64,000 bases of DNA from Heteronotia binoei (lineage: Eukaryota). The position numbers and the translations under genes are program-made. The stretch lies in NCBI RefSeq assembly GCF_032191835.1, contig NC_083237.1:12276001-12340000 (forward strand), in the 5' to 3' direction. Positions 1 through 11,652 of this stretch are shown here, piece after piece. Every line of letters starts with the position of its first letter. Positions within the stretch are counted from its first letter, which is position 1. Under the pieces are notes generated by a model. That model was not told the origin of the DNA, made no database searches, and saw only the letters and a program-made list of their open reading frames with translations.

Positions 1-194
1 ATTCCAAACCTTTAATCATTCTAGTTGCCCTTTTCTGCACTCCAAGAGTTGAGAGGGCTCTTAGTACAGGGCCCACTGTAAGCTCCAGGAGGATTGGCTA
101 CATCAGTGGGGCGTGGCCTAATATGCAGAGGAACAGTACCAATTACCAGATCCAGTGCATGAAGCAATCCATTAGACCCATGGATCATTCTAGA

Positions 195-1118
195 CTAGGG
201 TGTCCTACTGGACAGTCTCCTCAAGGCAATTTTTATGTCCTTGTTCCTCAGTGTATAAATGATGGGGTTCAGAAGTGGAGTCAGAGAAGTGTAGAACACG
301 GCCACCATCCCATCCAGCGGCCCCTGGGATCCTGGCCTCAGGTAGATGAAGATGAGTGGAATGTAGTAAGTCACCACTAGGGTCACGTGGGCTGTGCAGG
401 TGGAGAAAGCCCTTTGGCGCCCTTCTGCGCTGCGTATTTTCAGGACAGTGGACACAATATACACATACGAAGTCAGTATGAGAAAGAAGCAGGTTGTAGC
501 TACCAGGCCAACATCGACCATGGTCACCGTCTCGTTGAGTGCAGTGTCGGCACAGACTAATTTCAGCACAGCTGGGATATCACAGAAGATATAGTTCACT
601 TGGTTTCTCCACCCAAAGGGCAGGCGGAAAACAAGGGCCGTCTCCATCAATGAGTGAAGGCAGCCACCCAACCACGTGCCCACAGCGAGGGAAAGGCACA
701 TCCTACGGTTCATGATGGTGGCATAATGGAGCGGTTTGCAGATAGCCAGGAAGCGGTCGTAGGCCATCACGGTGTAGAGGAAGCACTCGGTACAGCCCAG
801 GAAGTGGAAGAAGAAAAGCTGGGACATGCAGCCACCAAAGGAGATGATCCCACCATTCTCCAAAAACCCGGTAATGATTTTGGGAACCACCACCGAAGAG
901 ACGGTCACGTCCAAGAAGGACAAGTGGCAAAGGAACCAGTACATGGGCTTGTGGAGCTGGGAACTGAGCAGCACAGCCAACAGGATCACAAGATTTCCCG
1001 AGAGCGTCAACAAATAGACAAGCAGGAAGAAGATGAATAAAGGGCCCCTTAGATCACGGGGGTGGGGAAGCCCAATGAGGATAAACTCAGTCAATGACGT
1101 TTGATTTTCACATTCCAT
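195..1118 (-). CDS. Olfactory receptor, family 10, OR10G subfamily (OR10G6/OR10G2/OR10G3-like), 307 aa, intact
   Basis: Carries the class II OR motifs LHKPMYWFL, MAYDRFLAIC, RAFSTC and TPLLNPIIYTLRN. The C-terminal pattern YY.P..FIYLRPGSQGPLDG..AVFYT matches the OR10G clade as recalled. Likely start is M-ECENQT at 1118, just after a splice acceptor (ttttgtattgcag); the ORF-track start at 1172 is probably intronic. Confidence 0.95.
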   Translation of the reverse strand: MECENQTSLTEFILIGLPHPRDLRGPLFIFFLLVYLLTLSGNLVILLAVLLSSQLHKPMYWFLCHLSFLDVTVSSVVVPKIITGFLENGGIISFGGCMSQLFFFHFLGCTECFLYTVMAYDRFLAICKPLHYATIMNRRMCLSLAVGTWLGGCLHSLMETALVFRLPFGWRNQVNYIFCDIPAVLKLVCADTALNETVTMVDVGLVATTCFFLILTSYVYIVSTVLKIRSAEGRQRAFSTCTAHVTLVVTYYIPLIFIYLRPGSQGPLDGMVAVFYTSLTPLLNPIIYTLRNKDIKIALRRLSSRTP

Positions 1119-1221
1119 CCCTGCAATACAAAAGTTGTAGGTAAAATGAGCATGGAGAGAAATAGGGAACATAGAAGAGTAGCAGCTACATAGAACAGGC
1201 TTTGAATAATTCAGTTATAAC

Positions 1222-1761
1222 CAGGGCTTCAGTTATAACCAGGGCAGGAACTCCTTTGCCTATTAGGCCACACACCCCTGATGTAGCCAATCCTCCAAGA
1301 CAGGGGTGGCCAAACTTTGGCTTGGGAGCAACACATATTGTGTGGCTCTTGAAGCTCCCACTGCCCTGTTGGCCAGCTTAGAGAAGGCATTTGTCTCTTT
1401 AAATCACTTCTCCAAGCCAAGCTAGCTGGCACCTTGGAGAATGCATTAAAGTTGCTTTCTTTCCACTTCTCCCTCCCTCTGATCTGCTTTCCTCCCTCCC
1501 TGTCTTGCGGCTCTCAAACATCTGATGGTCATGTCATGTGGCCCTCAGACATCTAATGTTCATGTTTTGCAGCTATCAGACATCTGACGTTTATTCTATG
1601 TGGCTCTTAAGTTAAGCAAGTTTGGCCACCCCTGCTCCCAAGAGCTTACAAGGCTCTTCTTGCAGGGCCTACTGTAAGCTCCAGGAGGATTGGCTACATT
1701 GGAGGGGAGAGGGGTAGCCTAAACTGCAAAGGAGTTCCTGCTACCAACAAAAAAAGCCCTG
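1222..1761. mobile_element. Palindromic hAT-type MITE (CAGGGC termini) with a second hAT MITE nested at 1301-1634
   Basis: Outer 8-bp TSD gttataac/gttataat. Inner element has TIRs caggggtggccaaac...gtttggccacccctg, with ctccaaga duplicated around it. Confidence 0.8.
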
Positions 1762-1816
1762 GTTATAATTGGAGCCACACTATTCCCATTGTAATTAACT
1801 CCAGGCCTCAGATTCA

Positions 1817-2045
1817 GAAGAAGAAGAAGAAGAAGACTGCAGATTTATACCCCGCCCTTCTCTCTGAATCAGAGACTCAGAGCGGCTTACAATCTCCTAT
1901 ATCTTCTCCCCCCACAACAGACACCCTGTGAGGTGGGTGGGGCTGAGAGGGCTCTCACAGCAGCTGTCCTTTCAAGGACAACTCCTACGAGAGCTATGGC
2001 TGACCCAAGGCCATTTCAGCAGATGCAAGTGGAGGAGTGGGGAAT
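1817..2045 (-). mobile_element. Squam3-like (MIR/Ther1-derived) SINE; about 20 further copies across the window
   Basis: (AAG)n tail followed by the body ...cagacaccctgtgagg...ggctgacccaaggccatt...gaggagtggggaatc. The same body recurs near 9930, 18095, 19600, 20790, 24880, 27080, 28220, 30270, 35530, 44565 and 55605. Confidence 0.85.
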
Positions 2046-3988
2046 CAGTGGGAGCTCACAGGAGCACAGCTCCTGAACCTTTCTGAGAGTTCCACCTCCT
2101 GAGAGTTCCACCTCCTTGTCCATTGACTAGTATGTGCAGCTGCATAACAATCCCTGGATGAGCTCCACCACCTATTTTTCTACAAAATGACCCCTGATTA
2201 ACTCTATGGCACCCGGTACCAAAACAGAACTTTATTAGTTATATAAGCAAGGCCTAGTCTCGGCCCTACTAGCCATAACCAGGCCCAGTCAACAACCAAC
2301 AACACAACTGAGAAGAGAAACTAAAGCAAAGGTTTTACCTTATGGGATTGTGTTAAAATAAGCACACCACACAATAAGGAAACATCAGCAAATTCACAAC
2401 TGCCCCCGATGGAACATTCATCATCGTCTTTTTGTGAGTGGAAATCATAGCCTCCCCATACATCTTATATGAGTGATATTAATAGACCCATATCCTTGCC
2501 TGCATATTAGACTACTCCATAGTCTGATATTTCCAGAGACTTCGGGCTATCAATGACAACTCTTGCACTGTTAACAAGACACACCTAATAGGCTCAAATA
2601 TTAAACCAATGATTTAACAGAAGCATATGTATGTACTTGTGGTCACGTTGCAATGGACGTATGGAAATCCCAGCAACGGGCTTTCAAGGCAAGTGAGAAG
2701 CAAAGGTGGCTTTAACAGAAGTGGAAAAACAATCTGTTTATTTTTTTCCTGTGCTCCTTAGATGAAGAATGAGATAAAAATGTGATTGTGTAAGCACGGC
2801 AGACCACTGGAACACTGGCACACGTGGAGAAGCCACATTTTCGGAAGTCCTTTTTCCGGAACCATCTGTGGAACAGACTCTAGAACATTGAACCTTGACT
2901 GAGTCTGAACTACAGCTCAACACTGCTTACCTCAGAAGAGGTTTTCCTGATGGTCAGTATGTAGGCCAGAGACAGTGAAGAAAATATCTACTTTCCCCTC
3001 ACCAATAAGTAACCTCAGCTTACCCTTTCCCTTCAGACAGATCCCTGAAATGAAGAAAAGAAGTCATCTGTTTTGTAGGACATGATTTTTAAGTTTGCTT
3101 GGTGCCTCTTATTTTACAAACTAGGCATGTGTCTCCTACAAACCTTATTCAGCTGTCTAAATGGTCACCTTCCAATCTCTGACCTGTTCGTAACACACAG
3201 CATACCAAGAAAAAGATGCTGGTAACAGTGTGAGATCTTCAGAGTGCCTAGACAGACACACGTCTCCTATTAGCACAGACACCCAGCCTTTTGTCTTGTT
3301 TTGCCATAGTTTTGCTGAGGATTACTAGCAGAAGAAGGTTGAAGTCTCCTCTTGAGAAGGGTCGTATTGCACCATTTGTCATGTTTTTTGCAATAACAGC
3401 TCCTCTGCTGAATACATCCCACAAACCTCTGGCTGATTTCCTACCCTTCTTCTCAACTTTATAAGATTCGCTTCCCGCACGATCTTATGTATTCTCATCC
3501 TCCCTTATAGATTTCATTCCCACCAGTACCCCTTCACCAAGGTACTGAGATTGGGGAGTATTTTTGAATCAATATTTTCCCATGTGCTTTGTGTATAAAT
3601 TGTGTGACTTCATAGCGACTCCATAGGGGGTTACCACCAACCCATACAAATGTTGCTCATTATGGTATCCTCTAATTATTTCTTCCCATCAAAATACTAT
3701 TTTAAAAATGCCCCATACCTGTAAGCCCCTGACCTGGATATCCCAGGTTAGCCCAATCTCATCAGATCATAGAGACTGACAGACCAATCCTTAGTTCCGC
3801 TGCAGAGGCCCGCCCAAGCGTAGAACTAACATAAGTGGCATTCCAAAGGGGAGAAGTTACACCAAGCGGGGAGGGGAAAGGAGCACAGCTGCACAAGCGG
3901 GCATGAGAAAGAAGCTGTCGCCATGGTGATCCCACCAGTGCATGCGCTGTTGGCTCGCTGACAGGGCAGGGGGAGGGACGGGGCAGCG

Positions 3989-4455
3989 CACGACCACATG
4001 ATAGAGGTTTACAAGATAATGCATGGAATGGAGAAAGTAGAGAAAGAAGTACTTTTCTCCCTTTCTCACAATACAAGAACTCGTGGGCATTCGATGAAAT
4101 TGCTGAGCAGACAGGTTAAGACGGATAAAAGGAAGTACTTCTTCACCCAAAGGGTGATTAACATGTGGAATTCACTGCCACAGGAGGTGGTGGCGGCCAC
4201 AAATATAGCCACCTTCAAGAGGGGTTTAGATAAAAATATGGAGCACAGGTCCATCAGTGGCTATTAGCCACAGTGTATGGAGCACAGGTCCATCAGTGGC
4301 TATTAGCCACAGTGTATGGAGCACAGGTCCATCAGTGGCTATTAGCCACAGTGTATGTGTGTATATAACATTTTTTGCCACTGTGTGACACAGAGTGTTG
4401 GACTTGATGGGCCGTTGGCCTGATCCAACATGGCTTCTCTTATGTTCTTATGTTC
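3989..4455 (+). mobile_element. CR1 LINE 3' end, 5'-truncated
   Basis: ORF 3998-4267 (VYKIMHG...RTRGHSMKL...YFFTQRVINMWNSLP) is the CR1 ORF2 C-terminus. The 3' UTR ends in (ttatgttc)n and contains a 39-bp internal triplication at about 4240-4356. Confidence 0.92.
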
Positions 4456-6261
4456 TTATGTTCACAGGGTTGGCCTGTCCGTTGCATGTGACTGGGATGG
4501 GGGGTGAAAAGCCTGAGAGGCTGTCAATCCCCTTGTGCCCACCCAATGGCAGGCAGACAGGCAAAGGCATGCTCCCCCTGACTAGCCAAAAATAAACAGG
4601 AAGTACACAGTGCAGGAGTCCGCTCTCAAAGATTAGCCGGAATGTGTGTATGGGAACGAGCAGATAGATCCCAGCATGCCACCAAGTCCCACAGGCAACC
4701 TCCCCCCATTACAGAATCAGAGACACCCCCCCCCCGTGACGCCATGACACTCCCTGCTATGAGCGCGGAACCTTGCCCCCAGTGGCAAAGCAACACAGAG
4801 CGCAAGGCACCAGCCAACCCATTTCATCCACAACACCCCCTCCACAGTCCCCTCTTCTCTGTGCCATGAGCACAACAGCCCCGTGGAGTCCATTGTATTC
4901 TATGGGAACATAAGACAGAATGGCCCATAAGGGGGCGTCTTTTTTTAATTTTGTCCCCCTCAAAAAACACGTAGATCTGGTCCTGCCCCCTCTGCCCCCC
5001 CCCCAGAAGCAAGCAAGCTCACCCTCCAAGACATTCCCTCGAGGAGCCCACAGACAGAGTGGCAAAGGGGGTGGGGAGGGAGAGGGGCACAGGGAATGTG
5101 CAGCAGACGCCAAGCAGGAGAGACAAAATAAGGCTCACGTAAGACTTTATTGTGCTGGAACCAAGTGCAGCAGTATACCAGGGGGAACTTGGACAGTCTT
5201 GCAGGGCGTGAAGCTCCACTCAGAGAGGAGGGCGGGAACAGCTGACTGAGTGAGCGGGACTTGTCACAAATGGAAGCCTCGCTGTTGAATCCCCACCTGC
5301 AAAACAGAGGAAGAGACCCAAGAGTACCCGGGGAGGGGTTCCTGGACTGCTCGCAAGTCATCAGCCATGGCAGCCGCAGCATGAGGCTGTGCTTCGGCCG
5401 GGGATTCTCATAAAGGGACAGTCTCTGACCTACCTTCCCACAGGCATCGGATCAGCTACCAGACCCAACACACACCCACACACCTGGTGCCCTGGCAGGG
5501 GTGGGACCGAGGCAAAGGGCAGACCAGGAGGGGGCCTTCAGCAGCATGCAGGGGCCGTGGCAACCGCCCCATACCTGAGCTCGCTGCCAGGTTCAAGTGC
5601 CAGAGACGCTGTCATGCTGTCGAGCGAGGGTAGGGGGCGCAACTTTGGGGTGCGCACTTACCCATCCATGTGCGACCACCCTTGTGTGATGAGCCTCCGG
5701 AGGTCATGTACCTGTTGGGACTTGGGAAAGGGAAAGGTTAGCCGCAGAGTAGTGACTTTGTTCTCCTCCTTGCAAGTCAAAGAGCTTCCTCAGTACTGCC
5801 TAAGTGCCCTCACTGTGCAGCTCCCACCACCAAAGTGCCCTGGCCCTCATTCTAATCCTGCATGGCAGGAAGCTCTGAGGCAGAGTCCCATGTCGTGAGC
5901 CCTGCCTAAGGAGTTGTGTGTGGCCAGAGCGGAAGTCTTTGTAGGTGGGGGGGGGGCTGTGATTGGGTGCTGGAGAGGGGGCTCAGTCAGTCCAGGGTGT
6001 GAGGAGATTGGTGCAATGTTTAGTCGATTCCCTGAGGGGTTCTGAGGCTTCGGCGGGAGCGTCAGAAAACTTTGTTTTCGGGATACATGGGTGTCTATGG
6101 GATCCGCCAGGTATTTCCTTGTTGTAACTTTATGCTTCTCGCACAGGGCTTTTCCAGATTGAACAATCTTAGGAAGCTGACTAACGCTGGCCACATCCCT
6201 GGGGCCACCCCCTTGCGCGTCAGCATGACCGTCTATGCCCCAGCTGCACCGCTAGCTGGGC

Positions 6262-6988
6262 TAGGGTTGCCAAGTCCAATTCAAGAAACCTCTGGGGACT
6301 TTGGGGGTGGAGCCAGGAGACTTTGGGGGTGGAGCCAGGAGACACTGGGGTGGAGCTAGGAGCAAGGGTGTGACAAGCATCACTGAACCCCAACAGGAGT
6401 TTTGGCCATCGCATTTCAAGGGAAGGCACACCTTTTAAAATGTCTTCCTTCCCTCCACCCTCCCCTTCTCTGATTTCACCTCAGAGGCGGAGTGGGGACG
6501 CCGCTGCACTGCTGCCGCCTCTTCTCCGCTTCACTGTAACTGCTCCTCCGAGATGGGCTCAGGCTGAGCCCATCTTGGAGGAGCAGCTACGGTGAAGCGG
6601 AGAAGAGGCGGTGGCAGCGCAGCGGCGTCGCCCACTCCGCCTCTGAGGTGAAATCAGAGAAGGGGAGGGTGGAGGCAGGCCAGGAGCGTGGTAAGCCGCG
6701 AGTCCAGGTCCTAGAAGGACCCAGATTCGCGGCTCGCCACACTCCTGGCCTGCCTCCACCCTCCCCTTCTCTGATTTTACCTCAGAGGCGGAGCGGAGCG
6801 GGCGATGCCGCTGCGCTGCTGCCGCCTCTTCTCCGGTTCACCTTAGCTGCTCCTCTGAGATGGGGCGGCTCGCCACGCTCCTTGGCGCCGTTTCCCTCCC
6901 CTCCCCCCGCTTCCGTTTTTTTGGAAAGCGGGGGAAGAGGCTGTAAATTCTGGGGTCCCCCGCCAGGGCGGGAGGGTTGGGAAGCCTA
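6262..6988. mobile_element. Non-autonomous DNA transposon with TAGGGTTGCC termini, GC-rich variant (hAT-like)
   Basis: 8-bp TSD agctgggc/agctgggt. A sister copy at 54347-54974 has TSD taggttac/taggtgac. Confidence 0.85.
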
Positions 6989-7267
6989 AGCTGGGTGCAG
7001 CGCCTCTCTGCCAGAAGCCATGGGTGGACACACGCTGCGGCAGCCAAATGTGGGCGTATCTCCCATTTTCGTGGGTGCAGAGGGACTTATAATGGCGCAA
7101 CTGGCATTTACGCCCACATAGCTGTTAGTTCGGTTCCAGAGAACTTCCCCCCCACCCCACCTTAGAACTGTGCTCTGAGTGGAGTTAAAACGTTTCTTGG
7201 AGTTGCTTTAGAAGAACAATCTTACAGAATGGAATATTTTATTACCAGCATGTCAATTATGTCCTGA

Positions 7268-7780
7268 TAGTGTTGCCAAGTCCAATTCAAGAAATATCTG
7301 GGGTCTTTGGGGGTGGAGCCAGGAGATATTGGTGGTGGAGCTAGGAGCAAGGGTGTGACAAGCATAATTCAATTCCAAAGGGAGTCCTGGCCACCAGATT
7401 TAAAGGGACCGCACACCTTTTAAATGCCTTCCTTCCATAGGAAATAATGAAAGATAGGAGCACCTTCTTTGGGGTGCATAGAATTGGACCCCCCTGGTCC
7501 AATCTTTTTCAAACTTAGGGGCTAGCTTGAGGAGAGGCCCTGGATGCTATGCTGAAAATTTGGTGCTTCTACCTCAAAAAACAGCCCCCCTCCCCGAGTT
7601 CCAGATACTCGTGGATCAATTCTCCGTTATTTTCTATGGGAATAAGTCTCCATAGGGAATAACAGAGTTCCCTGCAGACGTTTCCCTCCCCCCACCCCTG
7701 CTTTTTGATGACCCTAAAGTGGGAGGGAGGGCCTCCAAAATGGGGGATCCCCTGCCCCCACCTGGGGATTGGCAACCCTA
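7268..7780. mobile_element. TAGGGTTGCC-family MITE
   Basis: TIRs tagtgttgccaa/ttggcaacccta, perfect 8-bp TSD tgtcctga, and an empty site at about 9570. Related copies lie at about 14900-15420, 22853-23660 and 55494-56282. Confidence 0.9.
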
Positions 7781-7789
7781 TGTCCTGAC

Positions 7790-7980
7790 CAGAATGGCCT
7801 GGGTTTGAATGATTTCATCAGATATGAGAAGCTAAGCAGGGTCAGCCCTGGTTAGCACTTGGATGGGAGACCACCAAGGAAGTCCAGGGTTGCTATGCAA
7901 AGGCAGCGGATGGCAGATCACCTCTGGTTCTTGCCTTGAAAACCAAACAGGGTTGCCACGAACCGACTGCAGCTTGACAG
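7790..7980 (+). mobile_element. 5S rRNA-derived SINE (SINE3 type, RTE-like tail); other copies at about 9575, 18590, 19250, 25400-26000, 26700, 34400 (-) and 45910 (-)
   Basis: Head gaagctaagcagggtcagccctggttagcacttggatgggagacc matches the 5S internal promoter region. The tail ends ...gggttgcca...cttgacag. Confidence 0.85.
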
Positions 7981-10731
7981 TACCTACTATCAAGGGTCAT
8001 TTTGGAGAAAAATAGGTGGTGGATCTCATTAGCATAACTGGTTATCATATGCCCCCCCTCCAACCAAAAGCAACCTGATGCAAGAAAGGAAAGCCCCGAG
8101 CGAGTGAGGCCTGCTTGGGCTGGTTAGAGATCCAGCCAGCCCAAGCAGACCTCGCTCACCTGGGGCTCTCCTGGGCTGCTCCCCCACAGTCACAAGGCCA
8201 CCAAGCCACCAGCCACCCAAAATCACTTAAGAAGTGGAGAAAGGGTGGTGCGGACTTCTCCAGGGGTTAATGAAGGCTGCTGGGGGTGTGGCAAATCCCA
8301 CGATGGCTGGCTGGCCGCCTGCTCTCCTAATCCAGGGATTGTTATGCAGCTGCACCTACTATTCAATGGACAACGTAGGTGGGGAGGAAGAGGGGGAACC
8401 CTCAGAAAGGATCTGTGCTCCTGTGAGCTCCTGCTGAATCTGAGGCATGCTTACTATCATCACCATTCTTGGAGGAGGACATACAATTTAAGGTTGTCCC
8501 CCCCCGCCGCCATTTTTAAACTCTTTTATTGTATAGACAGCCAAATAAATTACAGTTTCAGTCTGTCATATCATTTTCAAACCAACATAGAAGATATGTT
8601 GTTATTATGGGAGGGGGGCTGTTTTTTGAGGTAGAGACAAATTTGTAACATAGCATACAATGCCGCTCCTCAAAACACTCTCCAAGTTTCAAAAAGATTG
8701 GACCAGGGAGGCCAATGCATTACAATTTGTGAGGTATTTCTGAGTTTCCTGCATTGTGCAGGGAGTTGGACTCGATGACCCTGGAGGTCCTCTATGATTC
8801 TAATACAAACTGCAGAAGAGAATAAGAGTCTCGTGACACTTTAAAGCTGTCAAGCTGCCTAAGCTTTGGCAGACTAACACCCACTTCAACAGAAGCATGG
8901 GCCTCTTCTTAATTACCAGAGGTATATGAGAGGTTGTGAAGAACACAGGCTTTTAAACAGCAGATCAAGGGGTCCTGAAACGATATTCGTTATAAAAAAC
9001 TGAGATGTAATCAAAAAAAATTCCTTCGACAGTTTACAATAGCAAAAACTGGTACTCCCCACACTTTTACTGAACGAGTTAGTATGGGTAATGACTGAAG
9101 CCTTTGCTAAGCCTTCAGGAGACAGTGTCAAACTTCTGAACGAGTTCTACCTTTGAAGTTACTTTGCTAGAAAGTCTCTGAACCTTTCTAAGTCCGGATT
9201 CTTTAGGCCCAGCAACAGAAACCTTTCATAAGCATAACCCTTGAGGCAAAACTCAGGCGCATTAAAAAAAATTGAAATAATCTGTTTGAAAACAATCTCA
9301 GCCAGATAAAGCTATATTGATCACCGATGTTCCCATTCAATCTTTCGCCAATTCAGCAAGGTTACCAACTCCCTCCCATACAAAAAAAATGAATTCTGTT
9401 TAAAGTGCCCTCTACCTGAAAACCCCTGACCTGGATATCGCAGGTTAACCAAATCTCATCAGATCATAGAGACTGAGTGGGGTTAAGCACTGGTTAAAAC
9501 ATTTCTCGGAGATGCTTTAGAAAAAAAATCTTAGAGAATGGAATATTTTATTGCCAGCATGTCAATTATGTCCTGACCGGAATGGCCTGGGCTAGAATAA
9601 TTTCATCAGATATGAGAAGCTAAGCAGGTCAGCCCTGGTTAGCACTTGGATGGGAGACCACCAAGGAAGTCCAGGGTTGCTATGCAAAGGCAGGGGATGA
9701 CAGATCACCCCTGTTTGGTTCTTGCCTTGAAGACCAAACAGGGCTGCCATAAATCGACCGAAGTTTGACAGGACTTATTATCATCACCAGGGCTTGTTTT
9801 AAACCGGAATGCCCAGGAACGCAGTTCCGGCTGGCTTGGCATCAGGGAGTGTGGCCTAACACGCAAATGAATTCGTGCTGGGCTTTTTCTACAAAAGAGC
9901 CCTATGCGAATCCATGGTGACATCATTGGAGCCAGTTTGGTGCAGTGGTGAAGTGTGCAGACTCTTATCTGGGAGAACCAGGTTTGATTCCCCACTCCTC
10001 CACTTGCACCTGCTGGAATGGCCTTGGGTCAGCCATAGCTATCGCAGGACTTGTCCTTGAAAGGGCAGCTGCTGTGAGAGCCCTCTCAGCCCCACCCACG
10101 TTACAGGGTGCCTGTTGTGGGGGGGGAAGATATAAGAGATTGTAAGCTGTTCTGAGTCTATTTCAGGGAGAAGGGTGGGGTATAAATCTGCAATTCTTCT
10201 TCAAGGAGGTGTGGCCTGATATGCAAATGAGTTCCTGCTGGGCTTTTTCTACCCAAAAAGCCTTGATCGTCACCATTCTTGAAGGAGGAGATAAAGAGAA
10301 GGAAATTAGGGTTGTTGTTGTTTTTTTCATTTTAAAACTCTTTTATTGTATAGACAACCAAATAAATTACAGTCCATCATAGCATTTTCAAACCAACATA
10401 CAAGATATGTTATTATGATGGATCTTTTCTTATAACAACAAGTTGCAGCAAGCTAATTAGTCAATGAAACAAAAGCAAACCTTCAGTCTGAGATGTTTGT
10501 GAGGTTTTTAATTCACCAGAAAAAATACATATCCAGGCTGACCATTGATTCATCACATTCTGAGATGACAGATTACCCTCAAATTGCTCTACCCAATCTG
10601 TAATTTTGTCCAGCATAAAATATTCCCTAGAATATTAGACCTCCTTTAAATTCCAGAATATCAGGAGACCTCCAATTGATAAGAAATTTAGAAGAAACCA
10701 GCTACTAAGGAAGGCTCGTGTTTAAGCTGAG

Positions 10732-11652
10732 TTATGCTTTCCTGCTATTTAGTCTCAAGATCACTGTTTTCATCTCCTTGTTCCTCAGAGTGTATATAAC
10801 AGGGTTCAGAAAAGGGGTCACTGTGGTATAGAAGATGGCCACCACCCCTCCCACTGGATCTTGGGCTCCGGGTCTCAAATAGGTAAAAGTGAGAGGGATA
10901 TAGCAGGTCATTACAATGAGGACATGGGATGTGCAGGTGGAGAAGGCACGCCGCCTTCCTTCAGGGCTGTGAATCCTCAAGATGGCGGAGACAATGTACA
11001 CATAAGACGTTAGAATAAGAAGGAAGCAAGTCATGGCAACGATCCCCACATCAACCAAGGTCACCATCTCATTGAGTGATGTGTCAGCACAGGCAAGCTT
11101 CAGCACAGCTGGAATGTCGCAAAAGATGTAGCTCACTCGATTATCTGGTCCGTAAGGCAACCGAAAGGTGAGGGCTGTCTCCATGGCGGAGTGCAAACAA
11201 CCACCAATCCAGGTTCCCATAGCAAGCCAAAAGCATGCCTTGCTGTTCATGATGGTGCCATAATGGAGTGGGCGACAGATGGCCAGGAAGCGATCGTAAG
11301 CCATGACGGTGTACAGGAAGCATTCAGCGCATCCCACAAAATGGTAGAAGAAGAGTTGGGTCACACAAGCTCCAAAAGAGATGATACCGCCATCTTCCAA
11401 AAACACAGCTATCAGCTTGGGCACCACCACTGTTGAAGTGGCAATATCCAGGATGGACAAATGGCAGAGGAACCAGTACATGGGCTTGTGAAGCTGTGGT
11501 TCATACACGACAGCCAAAAGGACCAAGAGATTACTAAGGAGGGTCAGCAAATAGATGCACACAAAAAAGATAAACAAAGGGACCTGTAGCTCGGGAGGGT
11601 ACGGAATCCCCAACAGGACAAAAGTCATCAGGGTTTGATTTTCACACTGCAT
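10732..11652 (-). CDS. Olfactory receptor, OR10G subfamily, paralogue of 195-1118, 306 aa, intact
   Basis: Carries MQCENQT, LHKPMYWFL, MAYDRFLAIC, RAFSTC and PFLNPVIYTLRN; no stops. Confidence 0.95.
   Translation of the reverse strand: MQCENQTLMTFVLLGIPYPPELQVPLFIFFVCIYLLTLLSNLLVLLAVVYEPQLHKPMYWFLCHLSILDIATSTVVVPKLIAVFLEDGGIISFGACVTQLFFYHFVGCAECFLYTVMAYDRFLAICRPLHYGTIMNSKACFWLAMGTWIGGCLHSAMETALTFRLPYGPDNRVSYIFCDIPAVLKLACADTSLNEMVTLVDVGIVAMTCFLLILTSYVYIVSAILRIHSPEGRRRAFSTCTSHVLIVMTCYIPLTFTYLRPGAQDPVGGVVAIFYTTVTPFLNPVIYTLRNKEMKTVILRLNSRKA

Larger units (their letters stand above)
3780..7175. mobile_element. 3.4-kb composite insertion with a 3-bp TSD (TGA), containing CR1 and MITE insertions
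   Basis: Flanks read gagac-TGA-[insert]-TGA-gtggagtt. The paralogous empty site gagactgagtggggtt is present near 9470. TIRs are degenerate; the 3-bp TSD suggests PIF/Harbinger. Confidence 0.6.

Noticed and set aside
7790-7900. 5S rRNA genes
   Set aside because: Only a partial, diverged 5S segment fused to an RTE-like tail and dispersed in many copies, so these are SINEs.
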